Assembly (NCBI GenBank): GCA_024280015.1
Contig: JAJRQY010000140.1
Span: 66,299 to 130,298, forward strand
DNA length: 64,000 nt
Source: Actinomycetes bacterium
Lineage (GTDB): Bacteria; Actinomycetota; Acidimicrobiia; Acidimicrobiales; SZUA-35
Direction: 5' to 3'
The position numbers were made by a program, and so were the translations under genes. Positions 28,062-37,772 of the stretch are shown here, in pieces. The notes under the pieces were generated by a model that was not told the origin of the DNA, searched no databases, and saw only the letters and a program-made list of their open reading frames with translations. Within the stretch, counting starts at the first letter, position 1. Every line of letters starts with the position of its first letter.

Positions 28062-29261
28062 CTAGTGGTCCTGAGATCCTGCTATCGCTGCTCGCTCAAT
28101 CCGTTCTTCGTCGATTGGTCCGAACTGGTAGCCAGCAGTTACCACGGTGAACAACACAGCACCAACCATCATGGCCGTAGTGGTCGATGTTGCCGCGAAC
28201 AAGGCAGCTGCAGCAATTGGGCCAACGGTTTGCCCGATCCGGATGGACATGACGAAACTTGCCATGACCGAGGCCCGCTGATCGGCTGGAGCCGAGCTGG
28301 CCATCACGTCCTGGAGGCCAGGAATGTTCAGGCCTTCACCTAGGCCGTAGATGATGGATGCCATCACCACCATGAGCACAGTCGGTGCCAACCCGACGAG
28401 CAAGGCAGAGACGGAGATCAATAGTCCCGAGCCGACCAGGATGGTTCGAATGGAGAACCGGCTGCGGGCACGGCGAAGATTGAACGCAGCAATCGTCGAC
28501 CCGATGGCTGGTGTTGACAAGACCAGTCCCCGTGCTGCCGGTCCAAGGCCGAACTCCTGCTCGAGGTGGACGGGCAAGACAGTGAGGAAGACCCCGAAAA
28601 TGACCACAAACAGAAGGAATGTCGAAAGCATGACGGCGACAATCACTGGCTGCCGTAGTGCAACCATGGTGACTCGGAGTTGATCACCAAGGGTTCGATC
28701 TGACCGGTCTTCGACTGCAGGCAAGACCTTGTACCCAATAGCTGCCACTGGCAAGGCCAGGCCGGAGAAGGCCAAGGCCCAGCGCCAGCTCGTTGCTTGG
28801 GCAAGAACCCCAGAGAAGGACGGGACGAGGGCCAACCCAATGGTCAGGATGGCTGAGTTCTGCCCGATGAGGGCGGTGCGCTCGCTGCCGGTCCAGTGAT
28901 CGCTAATCATGACAACGACCAGGTTGATCAGTCCTGCGCCGCCGATGCCCTGGATGACCCGGCTGGCCAACAGCCAGTTGAATGTCGGTGCGAATGCTGA
29001 GGCGATACCGGCCAACCCAAAAAGCACCAGGCAGGGCAAGAGGACCTTGCGTCGACCGATCCGGTCCGCAGCAATGCCGACTATTGGAGCGATGAAGATT
29101 CCGGGAAAGGCCGCGCTGGCGACCAGTCGTCCAGCCATTGATTCCGGCTGGTCGAACTCGGCCAAGATGTCCGGAATATTTGGACTCAGCAAGGTGCCAG
29201 CCAGAACGCCGGCGATGGTGATGGAAAAGATGAACCAGAGTGGTGGTCGGCGTTTGCTCAC
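28062..29261 (-). CDS. MFS transporter (in the ligU-ligI operon)
   Basis: About 12 helices with the loop motif GIAADRIGRRKVLL. The GTG start at 29261 overlaps the ligI stop (GTGA). The ORF-track N-terminal extension overlaps ligI and is discounted. Confidence 0.75.
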   Translation of the reverse strand: MSKRRPPLWFIFSITIAGVLAGTLLSPNIPDILAEFDQPESMAGRLVASAAFPGIFIAPIVGIAADRIGRRKVLLPCLVLFGLAGIASAFAPTFNWLLASRVIQGIGGAGLINLVVVMISDHWTGSERTALIGQNSAILTIGLALVPSFSGVLAQATSWRWALAFSGLALPVAAIGYKVLPAVEDRSDRTLGDQLRVTMVALRQPVIVAVMLSTFLLFVVIFGVFLTVLPVHLEQEFGLGPAARGLVLSTPAIGSTIAAFNLRRARSRFSIRTILVGSGLLISVSALLVGLAPTVLMVVMASIIYGLGEGLNIPGLQDVMASSAPADQRASVMASFVMSIRIGQTVGPIAAAALFAATSTTTAMMVGAVLFTVVTAGYQFGPIDEERIERAAIAGSQDH

Positions 29262-30202
29262 GAAGTGCTTGGCTCGCTGAGTGGTTGATCTGACTCGCTG
29301 AAGTCGTACAAGGTGGTTGGGTTTTGAACCAGGATCTTGTTGCGCAGTTCTTCGTCCGGAGCGTAGAGGGCGAGGAGATCCAGCAATTCTCCTTCGTCGG
29401 GCATGACGGCCATGTTTGGATGGGGCCAATCGGTTCCCCACAAGACTCGATCGGGTGCCGTGGCAATCAAGGCTTGGGCGAACGGGATGACATCGTCAAA
29501 GGGAGCGACCTTGCCATCGGTTAACCGCTCGGCGCAGGAGATCTTTACCCAACAGTTCTGGTCAGACTCCATCAGACCGAGCAAGTATTGGAAAGCAGCT
29601 TGTTCAACGCCCTCAGAAGCGGGCACGCGAGCCATATGGTCGATGATGTAGGGGACCGGCATGTCAGCTAGCAGGGATGAGTAAGACGGTAAGTCCTTGG
29701 CGTCGAAGTGCAGAACGATGTGCCAGCCGAGCTTGGCCACCCGACCGACGAGACTCCAGAACGCATCCAGCTTTGGAGCACCACCGAGGTGGGCAACAAA
29801 GTTGAAACGTGCTCCTCGCACTCCAGCCTCGTGCAGCTCTTGCAGATCGGCATCGCTGAATGCCTCATCGATCATGGCGACGCCGGCGTAGCGGCCCTTG
29901 CCACGGCGAAGGGCTTCGACCATGGCGGAGTTGTCGGTGCCGTGGCAGCTGGCTTGGACGAAGACAGCTCGTTCCAAGCCAAGGGTTTCTTGGAGCAGCT
30001 CGAACTTGTCAATACCAGAATCGGGCGGGGTATAGGTCCGGTCGGGGGAGAAGGGGAAGGTGTGTCCGGGACCAAAGACGTGGCAGTGGGCGTCACAAGC
30101 AAGTGGGGGAGGAGTGAAGGCCGTTGGGCCCGAGGGATTCTTGATCGGGCCCGGGACCGTTGGCTCAGGCGCGGTCAGATGAGCAGGATTCTTGGTAGCC
30201 AT
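29258..30202 (-). CDS. ligI: 2-pyrone-4,6-dicarboxylate lactonase (amidohydrolase_2)
   Basis: CDAHCHVFGP metal-independent amidohydrolase motif. 314 aa. TAATG overlap with ligU. Confidence 0.8.
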   Translation of the reverse strand: MATKNPAHLTAPEPTVPGPIKNPSGPTAFTPPPLACDAHCHVFGPGHTFPFSPDRTYTPPDSGIDKFELLQETLGLERAVFVQASCHGTDNSAMVEALRRGKGRYAGVAMIDEAFSDADLQELHEAGVRGARFNFVAHLGGAPKLDAFWSLVGRVAKLGWHIVLHFDAKDLPSYSSLLADMPVPYIIDHMARVPASEGVEQAAFQYLLGLMESDQNCWVKISCAERLTDGKVAPFDDVIPFAQALIATAPDRVLWGTDWPHPNMAVMPDEGELLDLLALYAPDEELRNKILVQNPTTLYDFSESDQPLSEPSTS

Positions 30203-31446
30203 TAACCAGTCCTGTCGTTCGGCTGGTAGGGGAAAGCTACGCCATCCATCAACTTGCGGGCGGTCCGGACAATACCAGAGCGCTCTACGACGAGATCGGC
30301 AACCCCGTGCCCCGAACCACTTGTGACTCGGACAGTCGCATCGAAGGTTCCGGTTGGGTGCTCAATGGTTATGACATCCTGGTCGTTCTCACGTTGGCCT
30401 GTACCCGCCTCAGTTAACTCAGCGGCCGCCGTCTGGTGGGCGACTGTCCCCTCGACCTGGACAGCAGTAGCAACCGACACGGCGCCGAGTACGCCAATGG
30501 CATCATGGCAACGATGAGGGATGAAGGTTCGGGTGTTCAGGATGGCCTGGTCTCTGGTTGTCCCGGTGGGAGGGGAGACCATGGTCAACTTGGGGATAGT
30601 GGCGTCCGCAACATCGCCCAGGTTCATGATCTGGCCCGCCTGGACGCGGATCGATTCGAGCTTGTTCCGCAGACCATCATCGGCTGTCAGATCATCTGGC
30701 GATTCTGTTCCCGCAATCCCGACACTGGCCGCAGTCAGAATGACCACGGGCATGCCATTGTCGATCATCGTGACTTGGACCCCATCGATCTCATCGCGGG
30801 CATTGCCTGAGGGAAATAGTGATCCGCAACTGGACCCCATGGTGTCGTCAAAGTCCAGATCGATTCTGGCTGCTGTTCTTGGAACTCCGGAGATGGAGGT
30901 CGATCCTTGGTATCGCACGGTTTGAGTCTGTGGATCAATCGGGACGGTCGCTACCGCTCTTCCACCAGTATTGAGCAGCCGAATCCGAACTTTCACCGTG
31001 TCATCTCCGTCCCCGGGCTGCGTTCTGGCACCGTCCTGATGTCGCATATGGGTCGCTACCGGTGCCAGTTCGGAGATTGGGATGAGGCCGCGTTCGAGGG
31101 CGAAGGGGCCAACTGCTGCCACCAGATTGCCACAGTTCTGACGATCACTGACCAAGGCCTGATCAACGGAGACTTGGAGGAATAGGTAATCGATATCTGT
31201 GCCGGAGTCTGGGTTGGTATCGGTGGACAAGCTCACGATGGCCGCCTTGCTGGTGAGCGGGTGGGCGCCCCCTAAGCCATCAATTTGTCGAGGATCGGGT
31301 GAACCCATCAAGCGCAGAAGCAATTCGTCTCGCTCTGCGGGATCCTCGGGAAGATCCTCGGCCAGGAAAAATAGGCCCTTGGAGGTTCCACCGCGCATCA
31401 TCATCGTCGGGATACCGGAAACGTCGGATCGATGATTGGGCACCAA
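30202..31446 (-). CDS. ligU: PrpF-superfamily isomerase, probable 4-oxalomesaconate tautomerase/delta-isomerase
   Basis: MMRGGTSKGLFF N-terminal PrpF signature. Lies in the lig cluster. Confidence 0.75.
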   Translation of the reverse strand: MVPNHRSDVSGIPTMMMRGGTSKGLFFLAEDLPEDPAERDELLLRLMGSPDPRQIDGLGGAHPLTSKAAIVSLSTDTNPDSGTDIDYLFLQVSVDQALVSDRQNCGNLVAAVGPFALERGLIPISELAPVATHMRHQDGARTQPGDGDDTVKVRIRLLNTGGRAVATVPIDPQTQTVRYQGSTSISGVPRTAARIDLDFDDTMGSSCGSLFPSGNARDEIDGVQVTMIDNGMPVVILTAASVGIAGTESPDDLTADDGLRNKLESIRVQAGQIMNLGDVADATIPKLTMVSPPTGTTRDQAILNTRTFIPHRCHDAIGVLGAVSVATAVQVEGTVAHQTAAAELTEAGTGQRENDQDVITIEHPTGTFDATVRVTSGSGHGVADLVVERSGIVRTARKLMDGVAFPYQPNDRTG

Positions 31447-31642
31447 AGCAGTCTAAGGCCATGGATCGGCCTCAGGCAGCGGATCAGCCGTGATGGGGAG
31501 CGACTGAACGAAGCGAGACAATCCACAAGAGGCACATGGCTCTGAAACGGGCGATACCTTAACGGCCTCAACCATGAGATGCCGGTTGGCCAAACGGGTC
31601 AGGATTGCTGCATGTCGATGACCAGGAGTGGAGATGATCTGA

Positions 31643-32611
31643 GTGTTTCTAGCCGTGGTCTTTATTCTTGTTGGGATAGCGCTTCTTGCCTTCTCTGCCG
31701 ATCGGGCAGTGGAAGCAGCAGAAGAGATCTCTGAGCAACTCGGGGTTTCGCCGGTGGTTGTCGGTGCCCTGGTTGTTGGTCTCGGGACGTCCTTGCCCGA
31801 AATGGTCGTCAGTGGACTGGCCTCGGCCCAGCGCGACACCATCGACCTGGCCATCGGGAATATCGTTGGCTCCAACGCTGCCAACCTGACCCTGGTTCTT
31901 GGTACCGGCGCCCTGATCCTCCCGCTCACCGGTCAGCGGGCGACCCTGCGGCGAGAAGGCTTCCTCATGTTGGCGGCTGCTGGTTTGTTCAGCCTCTTCA
32001 TCATTGATGACCACCTGGCCAGGTGGGAAGGTGTGGTCCTCCTTGTCGCCATGGTGGTGGCTGCAGCGGTCATCGCCATCGGTCCATCGGTCGAGCCCGA
32101 GGCCGAGTTCTCATCCGCCAGCGGTGACCAGAAGGAAGAGATCAACCCGGATCCCACAAACTCAGGCCCGAACCGGCTCCGAACCGTCTTCTTGTGGACA
32201 CTGCTTGGCCTGGTTGGAGTCGTTGTCGGCGCCCAGCTCCTGGTAAGTGGCGCGACCACGGTTGCGGAGAGTCTCGGCGCCTCCGAAGCCTTCATCGGCC
32301 TCACCGTTGTGGCCATCGGCACCAGTATCCCTGAGCTGGCCACCACGGTCGCCAGTGCTCGGCGCGGGTCGGTTTCCTTGATTATCGGCAATGTTCTTGG
32401 CTCGAACGTGTTCAATAGCCTCGCCGTTGGCGGCGTTGCTGGTCTCGTCGGATCTGGAGTGATTTCCGAACCGGTCATGGCCAGCGCAGCGGTCATGATG
32501 GCAATCAGTCTTCTGGTCCTGGGACTGGGCCTTGTCCGGGGGGGAATAACTCGCCGATGGGCTGGAATTCTGTTTGCTGCCTACGTCTTGGTACTCGCTC
32601 TGGGCCTCTGA
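31643..32611 (+). CDS. CaCA family sodium/calcium exchanger (YrbG-like)
   Basis: Two alpha-repeats, GTSLPE...GNIVGSNAANLTL and GTSIPELA...GNVLGSNVFNSL. Confidence 0.85.
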   Translation: MFLAVVFILVGIALLAFSADRAVEAAEEISEQLGVSPVVVGALVVGLGTSLPEMVVSGLASAQRDTIDLAIGNIVGSNAANLTLVLGTGALILPLTGQRATLRREGFLMLAAAGLFSLFIIDDHLARWEGVVLLVAMVVAAAVIAIGPSVEPEAEFSSASGDQKEEINPDPTNSGPNRLRTVFLWTLLGLVGVVVGAQLLVSGATTVAESLGASEAFIGLTVVAIGTSIPELATTVASARRGSVSLIIGNVLGSNVFNSLAVGGVAGLVGSGVISEPVMASAAVMMAISLLVLGLGLVRGGITRRWAGILFAAYVLVLALGL

Positions 32612-32813
32612 ATCGAGCGGTTGTTGGGTGTCTTTCAGTCGGTTGAGAAGGAAAACAGCAAATCCTCACAAATTGTTGACCGCTTCCTGAAGCGGATCCC
32701 TGCCGCTGAGGCCCGCTGAGAGGCGAATTGCTGCTTTCAATGTGACGGACGTCGCACTATGGTTTCGCCCGTCGGTGCCAGCCGCAATCTGAACAATGCC
32801 TCCGAGGAGCAGG

Positions 32814-33626
32814 ATGACAGACCAAGAGAGTGACGTAGTGGGCGATTCGACTTCGCTTCCTGCCTGGTTCACTCGAATCCATCCCCTCGGATGGGTAGCC
32901 GTGGTCTATGCCTCCATGGCAGTGATCCTCACGCTCATGGGGAGCGAGTTTCTCCTTGGCAACCTCACCTGGCAGTGGCTCGTCATTGCCGGAGTCCTTG
33001 CCGCATCCTTCTCGTTTGATTTACTGGACACGGTTCGACACGGCATCGAGCGAATCTCGGGGGTCTGCGCCGCGATTGCTTGGCGATTGACGTGGGTTGT
33101 ATTCGCTCTCCAGTTGTTCAACGTCATCACCCGCTACACCAATAGCTGGTTCGACCAAGACATCCTGATCGGTCAGATGACCTCACTCGCCTGGATGAGC
33201 TTCGGCATGATTTTCCTCGTCGGCGTGAATTACGGGACCAAGGCTGGCATCAATCCTCGGATTGACTTCTGGTGGGCCAACTTCCACAAACGGACAAAGG
33301 CCTGGCTCGACTTTGTTCTTCACGCCTTCTTGTTATTGCCCTTCATCATCACCGGGCTTCGGTTGCTCAGGGGATATGCCGCTATTTCACTGGGCCAGAA
33401 GCGGTCAGGAGTGTGGCCATCAGGCTGGCGGGTGTGGGAAACCTGGGAACAATCCTCTGATGCTGACCAGCTGGCAGTTGGTCCAATCCAGGCCTTTATC
33501 CTCATTGCCTTCATCTTCTGGGGATTACAAGTGTTCGCTGAACTGATCAAGACCGGCTTCGTCATTGTCGGCGAAGACGAGCTTGGCCAGATATCTGAAA
33601 CTGACGCCCCCTTGAGGGTGGAGTAA
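32814..33626 (+). CDS. dctQ: TRAP transporter small permease (DctQ-type, unusually long)
   Basis: Four or more hydrophobic helices, immediately upstream of dctM. ATG 32814 is preceded by GAGGAG. Confidence 0.7.
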   Translation: MTDQESDVVGDSTSLPAWFTRIHPLGWVAVVYASMAVILTLMGSEFLLGNLTWQWLVIAGVLAASFSFDLLDTVRHGIERISGVCAAIAWRLTWVVFALQLFNVITRYTNSWFDQDILIGQMTSLAWMSFGMIFLVGVNYGTKAGINPRIDFWWANFHKRTKAWLDFVLHAFLLLPFIITGLRLLRGYAAISLGQKRSGVWPSGWRVWETWEQSSDADQLAVGPIQAFILIAFIFWGLQVFAELIKTGFVIVGEDELGQISETDAPLRVE

Positions 33627-33631
33627 CTCGC

Positions 33632-35179
33632 ATGGATTTTGGTGTATTCCTCTCACTCTTGATGTTCGCCGTCTTCATGGTGATGATCCTGGTTGGCTAC
33701 AACGTCGCCTTCTCCTTTGCATCAACCGCCTTATCTTTCGCCCTGATCGGGGACATCACCGGCCACTTCAAGCCGGAGACGCTGGGCGCTCTGCCCTCGA
33801 AATGGGCTGGCACTCTGGAAAATCCAGAACTGCTGGCCGTACCCCTCTTCGTCTTGATGGGTGCCGTACTCGAACGCTCTGGGGTGGCCGAACGCCTGCT
33901 CAATGCCTTTGGCATGATCATGGGGCCACTACGCGGGGGCGTCGCAGCCGCAGTAATCGTTGTTGGAACCCTGCTGGCGGCGGCGACTGGCGTTGTCGCC
34001 GCAACAGTAATTGTCATGGGCCTGCTGTCACTGCCAGCGATGATCCGGCTTGGCTATGACCACAAACTGGCAACCGGAGCCATTGTTGCTTCGGGGACTC
34101 TGGCGCAGCTATTGCCCCCGAGCATTGTTCTGATCTTGCTTGCCCAGCAAATTGGCGTTGGCATCCTTGGCCTCTTCGCTGGAGCCTTGATTCCCGGCTT
34201 GATGCTGTCCCTGCTCTACGTCATCTATGTGCTCGCGGTTTCGTACTTCAAGCCAGAGCTTGGCCCAGCCATGCCACCTGAAGAACGCCAGCTGGTCGGC
34301 AACCCCGGGGCAAAGGCCTCCCTGCTTATTGCGATCATTCTCGGCGGTGTTGTTGCCCTGGTCACTCTCTTGATCAGCGCCAGTATCGCCTTCTACGCCT
34401 TTGCCATCACCTTCGTCATCTCGTTCCTCATCAGCTACTTCGGCAAGATGCTGGCCACCGAAGGACTGGTTGCCATCGTTCCCGTCCTCGCTCTCATTGC
34501 TGGAGTGCTGGTCTCCATCTTCCAAGGGGTGGCAACACCATCGGAGTCCGGAGCAGTCGGAGTCTTTGGCGCCCTGTTGCTTGGCATCCTCAACTGGGTC
34601 TTTGACAAGTTGCTGATTGCTGAGGGGGCTGAACACATCACCCCAAAGTGGCGCTTGACGCCTAAGGCCATGGGCGAAGCCGGGCGTTCAACCGCCAACA
34701 TCACGATCCTGGTCATGACCCTGCTTTTCTCCTCCACCTTCTTCAGCCTGATGTTCTTTCAGCTCGGGGGCTCAGACCAGATGGGTGATTGGCTCTCATC
34801 CATTGGCGGCGGCAAGTTTGGCTTTGTGCTGGTGGCCATGATCGCCGTCTTCCTCCTTGGCGTGAACCTGGAGTTCTTGGAAATCACCTTCATCGTGGTC
34901 CCGATCTTTGTGCCAGCAATGGAAGTCTTGGAGTTCACCAACTTTGACAAGATCTGGTTCAGCGTCTTGATGGCAGTCAACTTGAACATGGCCTTCATCT
35001 CACCGCCGGTCGGATTCTCACTGTTCTATCTGCAGAGTGTGGCTCCGCCCGAAGTGAAGACCGCCGACATTCACAAGGGAGCAATCCCCTTCATGATTCT
35101 CCAGGGCGTGGCCCTTGTTCTGCTCGGCGTGTTCCCCGGAATCACACGGTTCTCTTGGGAACTCTTTTCGACCGCCTAA
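33632..35179 (+). CDS. dctM: TRAP transporter large permease
   Basis: A 515-aa polytopic protein with DctM-like motifs (LAVPLFVLMGAVLERSGVAERL; ISPPVGFSLFYL). Confidence 0.85.
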   Translation: MDFGVFLSLLMFAVFMVMILVGYNVAFSFASTALSFALIGDITGHFKPETLGALPSKWAGTLENPELLAVPLFVLMGAVLERSGVAERLLNAFGMIMGPLRGGVAAAVIVVGTLLAAATGVVAATVIVMGLLSLPAMIRLGYDHKLATGAIVASGTLAQLLPPSIVLILLAQQIGVGILGLFAGALIPGLMLSLLYVIYVLAVSYFKPELGPAMPPEERQLVGNPGAKASLLIAIILGGVVALVTLLISASIAFYAFAITFVISFLISYFGKMLATEGLVAIVPVLALIAGVLVSIFQGVATPSESGAVGVFGALLLGILNWVFDKLLIAEGAEHITPKWRLTPKAMGEAGRSTANITILVMTLLFSSTFFSLMFFQLGGSDQMGDWLSSIGGGKFGFVLVAMIAVFLLGVNLEFLEITFIVVPIFVPAMEVLEFTNFDKIWFSVLMAVNLNMAFISPPVGFSLFYLQSVAPPEVKTADIHKGAIPFMILQGVALVLLGVFPGITRFSWELFSTA

Positions 35180-35252
35180 GAAGTTGTTGCCTGGCAGTGA
35201 CAATCTCAAGATCTAACAAAGCAATTGTCATCACCAATATGGGAGAGTGCAC

Positions 35253-36464
35253 ATGACAACAGAAGAAGAAAATGTCCTCAATCGACGCTCATTCCTGAGC
35301 AAGGCCGGGGTAGGTGTTGCCGGCGTCGCCGCCAGTGCGACCGTTCTGGCCGCATGCTCGGGTAGCAGTAGTAGTGGTGGTGAGGCCTCCGGGTCCGACG
35401 GTGGTGATGACAGTGGCGGCGATAGCTCCAATGACGACGAAACCGTAACCCTCAACCAGGAAACCCCTGACCTTGAGTGGGAAATGGGAACCAGCTGGCC
35501 AACCGGCCTGGTCACAATCTTTGGTGCCGCCGAGTTGTTCGCAACCGAGGTCTCCCGACTTACCGGAGGCAAGTTCAAGATTAATGCCCGTCCTGCGGGC
35601 GAAATTGTTGGCGGCCTTGATGTGCTGCCAACCGTTCGTGACGGCGGAATGGATATGGGGCATACCGCCTCGTACTACTACGTTGGCCTTAGCCCGGTGC
35701 AGCAGTTTGGTACTGCTGTTCCGTTCGGCCTGACCCAGCGCCAACACAACGCCTGGCTCTATGAGGGCGGCGGGCTAGAAATACTCAACGCCTTCTACGC
35801 CGAAGAACACGGCATCATCTCATTCCCCGCCGGAGGCACTGGCTGCCAGATGGGTGGCTGGTTCACCAAGGAAATCAACACCGTCGCTGACCTTCAAGGT
35901 CTGAAGATGCGTATCCCCGGTCTTGCCGGACAGGTCATCACGAACCTTGGTGGCGAGCAAGTCTCCATTGCTGGTGGCGAGATCCTCACCTCTATCGAAA
36001 CCGGGGCCATTGACGCCGCCGAGTTCGTCGGACCAGTTGATGACCTCATCCTCGGCCTGGACGAGCTGGGTAGCCAGCTCTTCTACTACCACCCAGGTTG
36101 GTGGGAGCCAGGAACCACCCTGGAAGTCCAGATCCCGTTGGACAAGTGGAACGACCTCCCGGATCAGTACCAGGCAGCGATTGAGAATGCGGCCGCCAAT
36201 GCCCATGCTCGCACCGTGGCCAAGTACGACGTTCTCAATCCCGAAGCCCTGCAGAAAATCAAGGGATTCGCCGAAATTCGCGAGTTCTCACCCGAGTTGA
36301 TGACCGCCTTCAAGACCGAGACCGAAGCGGTCTTGGACAAGGTTGCGTCCGAAGACGGTAAGTTCGCCGAGATTCTCGGCCCATGGCGTCAGTTCCGCGA
36401 CGGAGTGTCGGAGTGGCACGGTTTGGCTGAGCGTTCCTACCTCAACCAGCAGACCGCTCAGTAG
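35253..36464 (+). CDS. dctP: TRAP transporter substrate-binding protein (DctP-type) with Tat/lipoprotein signal
   Basis: RRSFLSKAGVGVAGVAASATVLAACSG signal and a G/S/D-rich linker. DctP-like core TSWPTGL...GGMDMGHTASYYYVG. ATG 35253 is preceded by GGGAGAG. Confidence 0.85.
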   Translation: MTTEEENVLNRRSFLSKAGVGVAGVAASATVLAACSGSSSSGGEASGSDGGDDSGGDSSNDDETVTLNQETPDLEWEMGTSWPTGLVTIFGAAELFATEVSRLTGGKFKINARPAGEIVGGLDVLPTVRDGGMDMGHTASYYYVGLSPVQQFGTAVPFGLTQRQHNAWLYEGGGLEILNAFYAEEHGIISFPAGGTGCQMGGWFTKEINTVADLQGLKMRIPGLAGQVITNLGGEQVSIAGGEILTSIETGAIDAAEFVGPVDDLILGLDELGSQLFYYHPGWWEPGTTLEVQIPLDKWNDLPDQYQAAIENAAANAHARTVAKYDVLNPEALQKIKGFAEIREFSPELMTAFKTETEAVLDKVASEDGKFAEILGPWRQFRDGVSEWHGLAERSYLNQQTAQ

Positions 36465-36527
36465 TTAGTGCCGTGGATCCATTGCCCCGAACGGGGCGGT
36501 GGACCCTGGCTTGATCGTCATCGAACT

Positions 36528-36567
36528 TGCGTGTGTGCGGTGTTTGGCGCCGCACACACGTGTTTTT
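36528..36567. terminator. Rho-independent terminator (probably bidirectional)
   Basis: A 13-bp stem, GCGTGTGTGCGGTG...CGCCGCACACACG, followed by TGTTTTT. Lies between convergent dctP and ORF 36617. Confidence 0.6.
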
Positions 36568-36616
36568 ACTTAGGGTCATATATAGCCCGGGCCAGCGATA
36601 CCAGCGTGAGTTGGAG

Positions 36617-37066
36617 TTAGCGAGTCGCCATCTCCATGGCAGTGAGCTGTTGCTCATGGGCCTTACTGGCGCTGTAGGAAGACTCTCCGATTCGCCAATC
36701 AGACACGATCATCGAACCACCCGTTCGTTGTACCAAGGTGGAGTCCGGCAGTCGCTTGAGTGGCCCCGTTGCCACGGCCCGGATCCGACTCCCTCGCAAG
36801 AGGACAAGTTCTCGATCAGTCAGAACAACAATGGTGTGGGATGTGGTTGCCGTTACTGCCACCGATGCACCTGCCGCACCAACCGCTGTTGGCAGGATGA
36901 CCCCGTCAAGACCGCTCAGAACTCCGACAATTGCGAGCACAGCAAATGATGCAATCCCGAAGGGAAACATGAGGCGGTGGCGTTGCCACACTTGGGCCGC
37001 GTATCGGATCGTCTCGTCTGCTCGCAAGTATTTGACGATGGAGCGCAGTAGTACCTGTCGACGCAT
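36617..37066 (-). CDS. Hypothetical membrane protein
   Basis: Two hydrophobic helices (FPFGIASFAVLAIVGVLSGL, ILPTAVGAAGASVAVTA) followed by a soluble tail. Start ambiguous, either ATG 37066 or 37165. Confidence 0.4.
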   Translation of the reverse strand: MRRQVLLRSIVKYLRADETIRYAAQVWQRHRLMFPFGIASFAVLAIVGVLSGLDGVILPTAVGAAGASVAVTATTSHTIVVLTDRELVLLRGSRIRAVATGPLKRLPDSTLVQRTGGSMIVSDWRIGESSYSASKAHEQQLTAMEMATR

Positions 37067-37769
37067 GGCGGTTATCGTATGGGCCTCGTTCGGCTCCCTG
37101 ACTCTGAGCTCGTGCAGCCCCGACCTATCGATTGCCTCTGGCTCAGACGGCGAGCTGTCCCACATCTTCGCTATTGAGGATTGGCAGCGGTCCTACGCCT
37201 TGAGTACAACCGGATGTGGTCATGCATCAGACACCAACGGAACTGGGGTTGCCCTCGGCGGAGGCCAGATTTTGACTGTGGCCCATGTTGTTCTTGGCAG
37301 CTCGTCCATTGCTGTCACCACCCCTCAGGACGCCAGATACTCCGGTCAGGTGGTTGCCATCGATGTCGAGCGAGACCTGGCCCTGATCCAGATTGCCGAT
37401 GATGAGTTGGGTCCGGTGAACTTTGCCGCCGCAGCCGTTGGGGACGAAGCCGTTGTTGAGACTCGTACGGCCCCAGTCATTGTCACAGTTGCCAAAACAG
37501 TGCTGTTAGATATGGCAGAGATCGGTGGCTCCGAACGATCCCAGAGGCAAGGTTTCCGCCTTAGCGGAACCACCTCATCTGGGGATTCTGGATCAGGCTT
37601 GTTCACCGATGAGGGCCTTGTCGGTTTGGTCTTTGCCACCACAACTGATGACGACTCAGTGACCTGGGCCACGGCCTCCAGTGAGATTGAAGCCTTCCTG
37701 GCCGAGGTGACTCGGCAGGACTACCGCTGTGATGAGGCCGAGTCAAGGCTCTTGTCCGACAGCAACTAG
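37065..37769 (+). CDS. Trypsin-like (S1 family) serine protease lipoprotein
   Basis: Lipobox FGSLTLSSCS. His motif ILTVAHVV, Asp motif DLALIQI, Ser motif SGDSGSGLF. Start could be ATG 37065 or 37038. The ORF-track start 36738 overlaps the opposite gene. Confidence 0.6.
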   Translation: MAVIVWASFGSLTLSSCSPDLSIASGSDGELSHIFAIEDWQRSYALSTTGCGHASDTNGTGVALGGGQILTVAHVVLGSSSIAVTTPQDARYSGQVVAIDVERDLALIQIADDELGPVNFAAAAVGDEAVVETRTAPVIVTVAKTVLLDMAEIGGSERSQRQGFRLSGTTSSGDSGSGLFTDEGLVGLVFATTTDDDSVTWATASSEIEAFLAEVTRQDYRCDEAESRLLSDSN

Positions 37770-37772
37770 GAC

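Noticed and set aside
31447-31642. A possible riboswitch or leader upstream of the Na/Ca exchanger, and the minus-strand ORF 31453..31929.
   Set aside because: I could not recognise any known cation-riboswitch core. The ORF overlaps the exchanger gene and is compositionally shadow-like.
36738-37037. The long N-terminal extension of the serine-protease ORF.
   Set aside because: It overlaps the opposite-strand gene. The lipoprotein signal peptide begins only after ATG 37038/37065.
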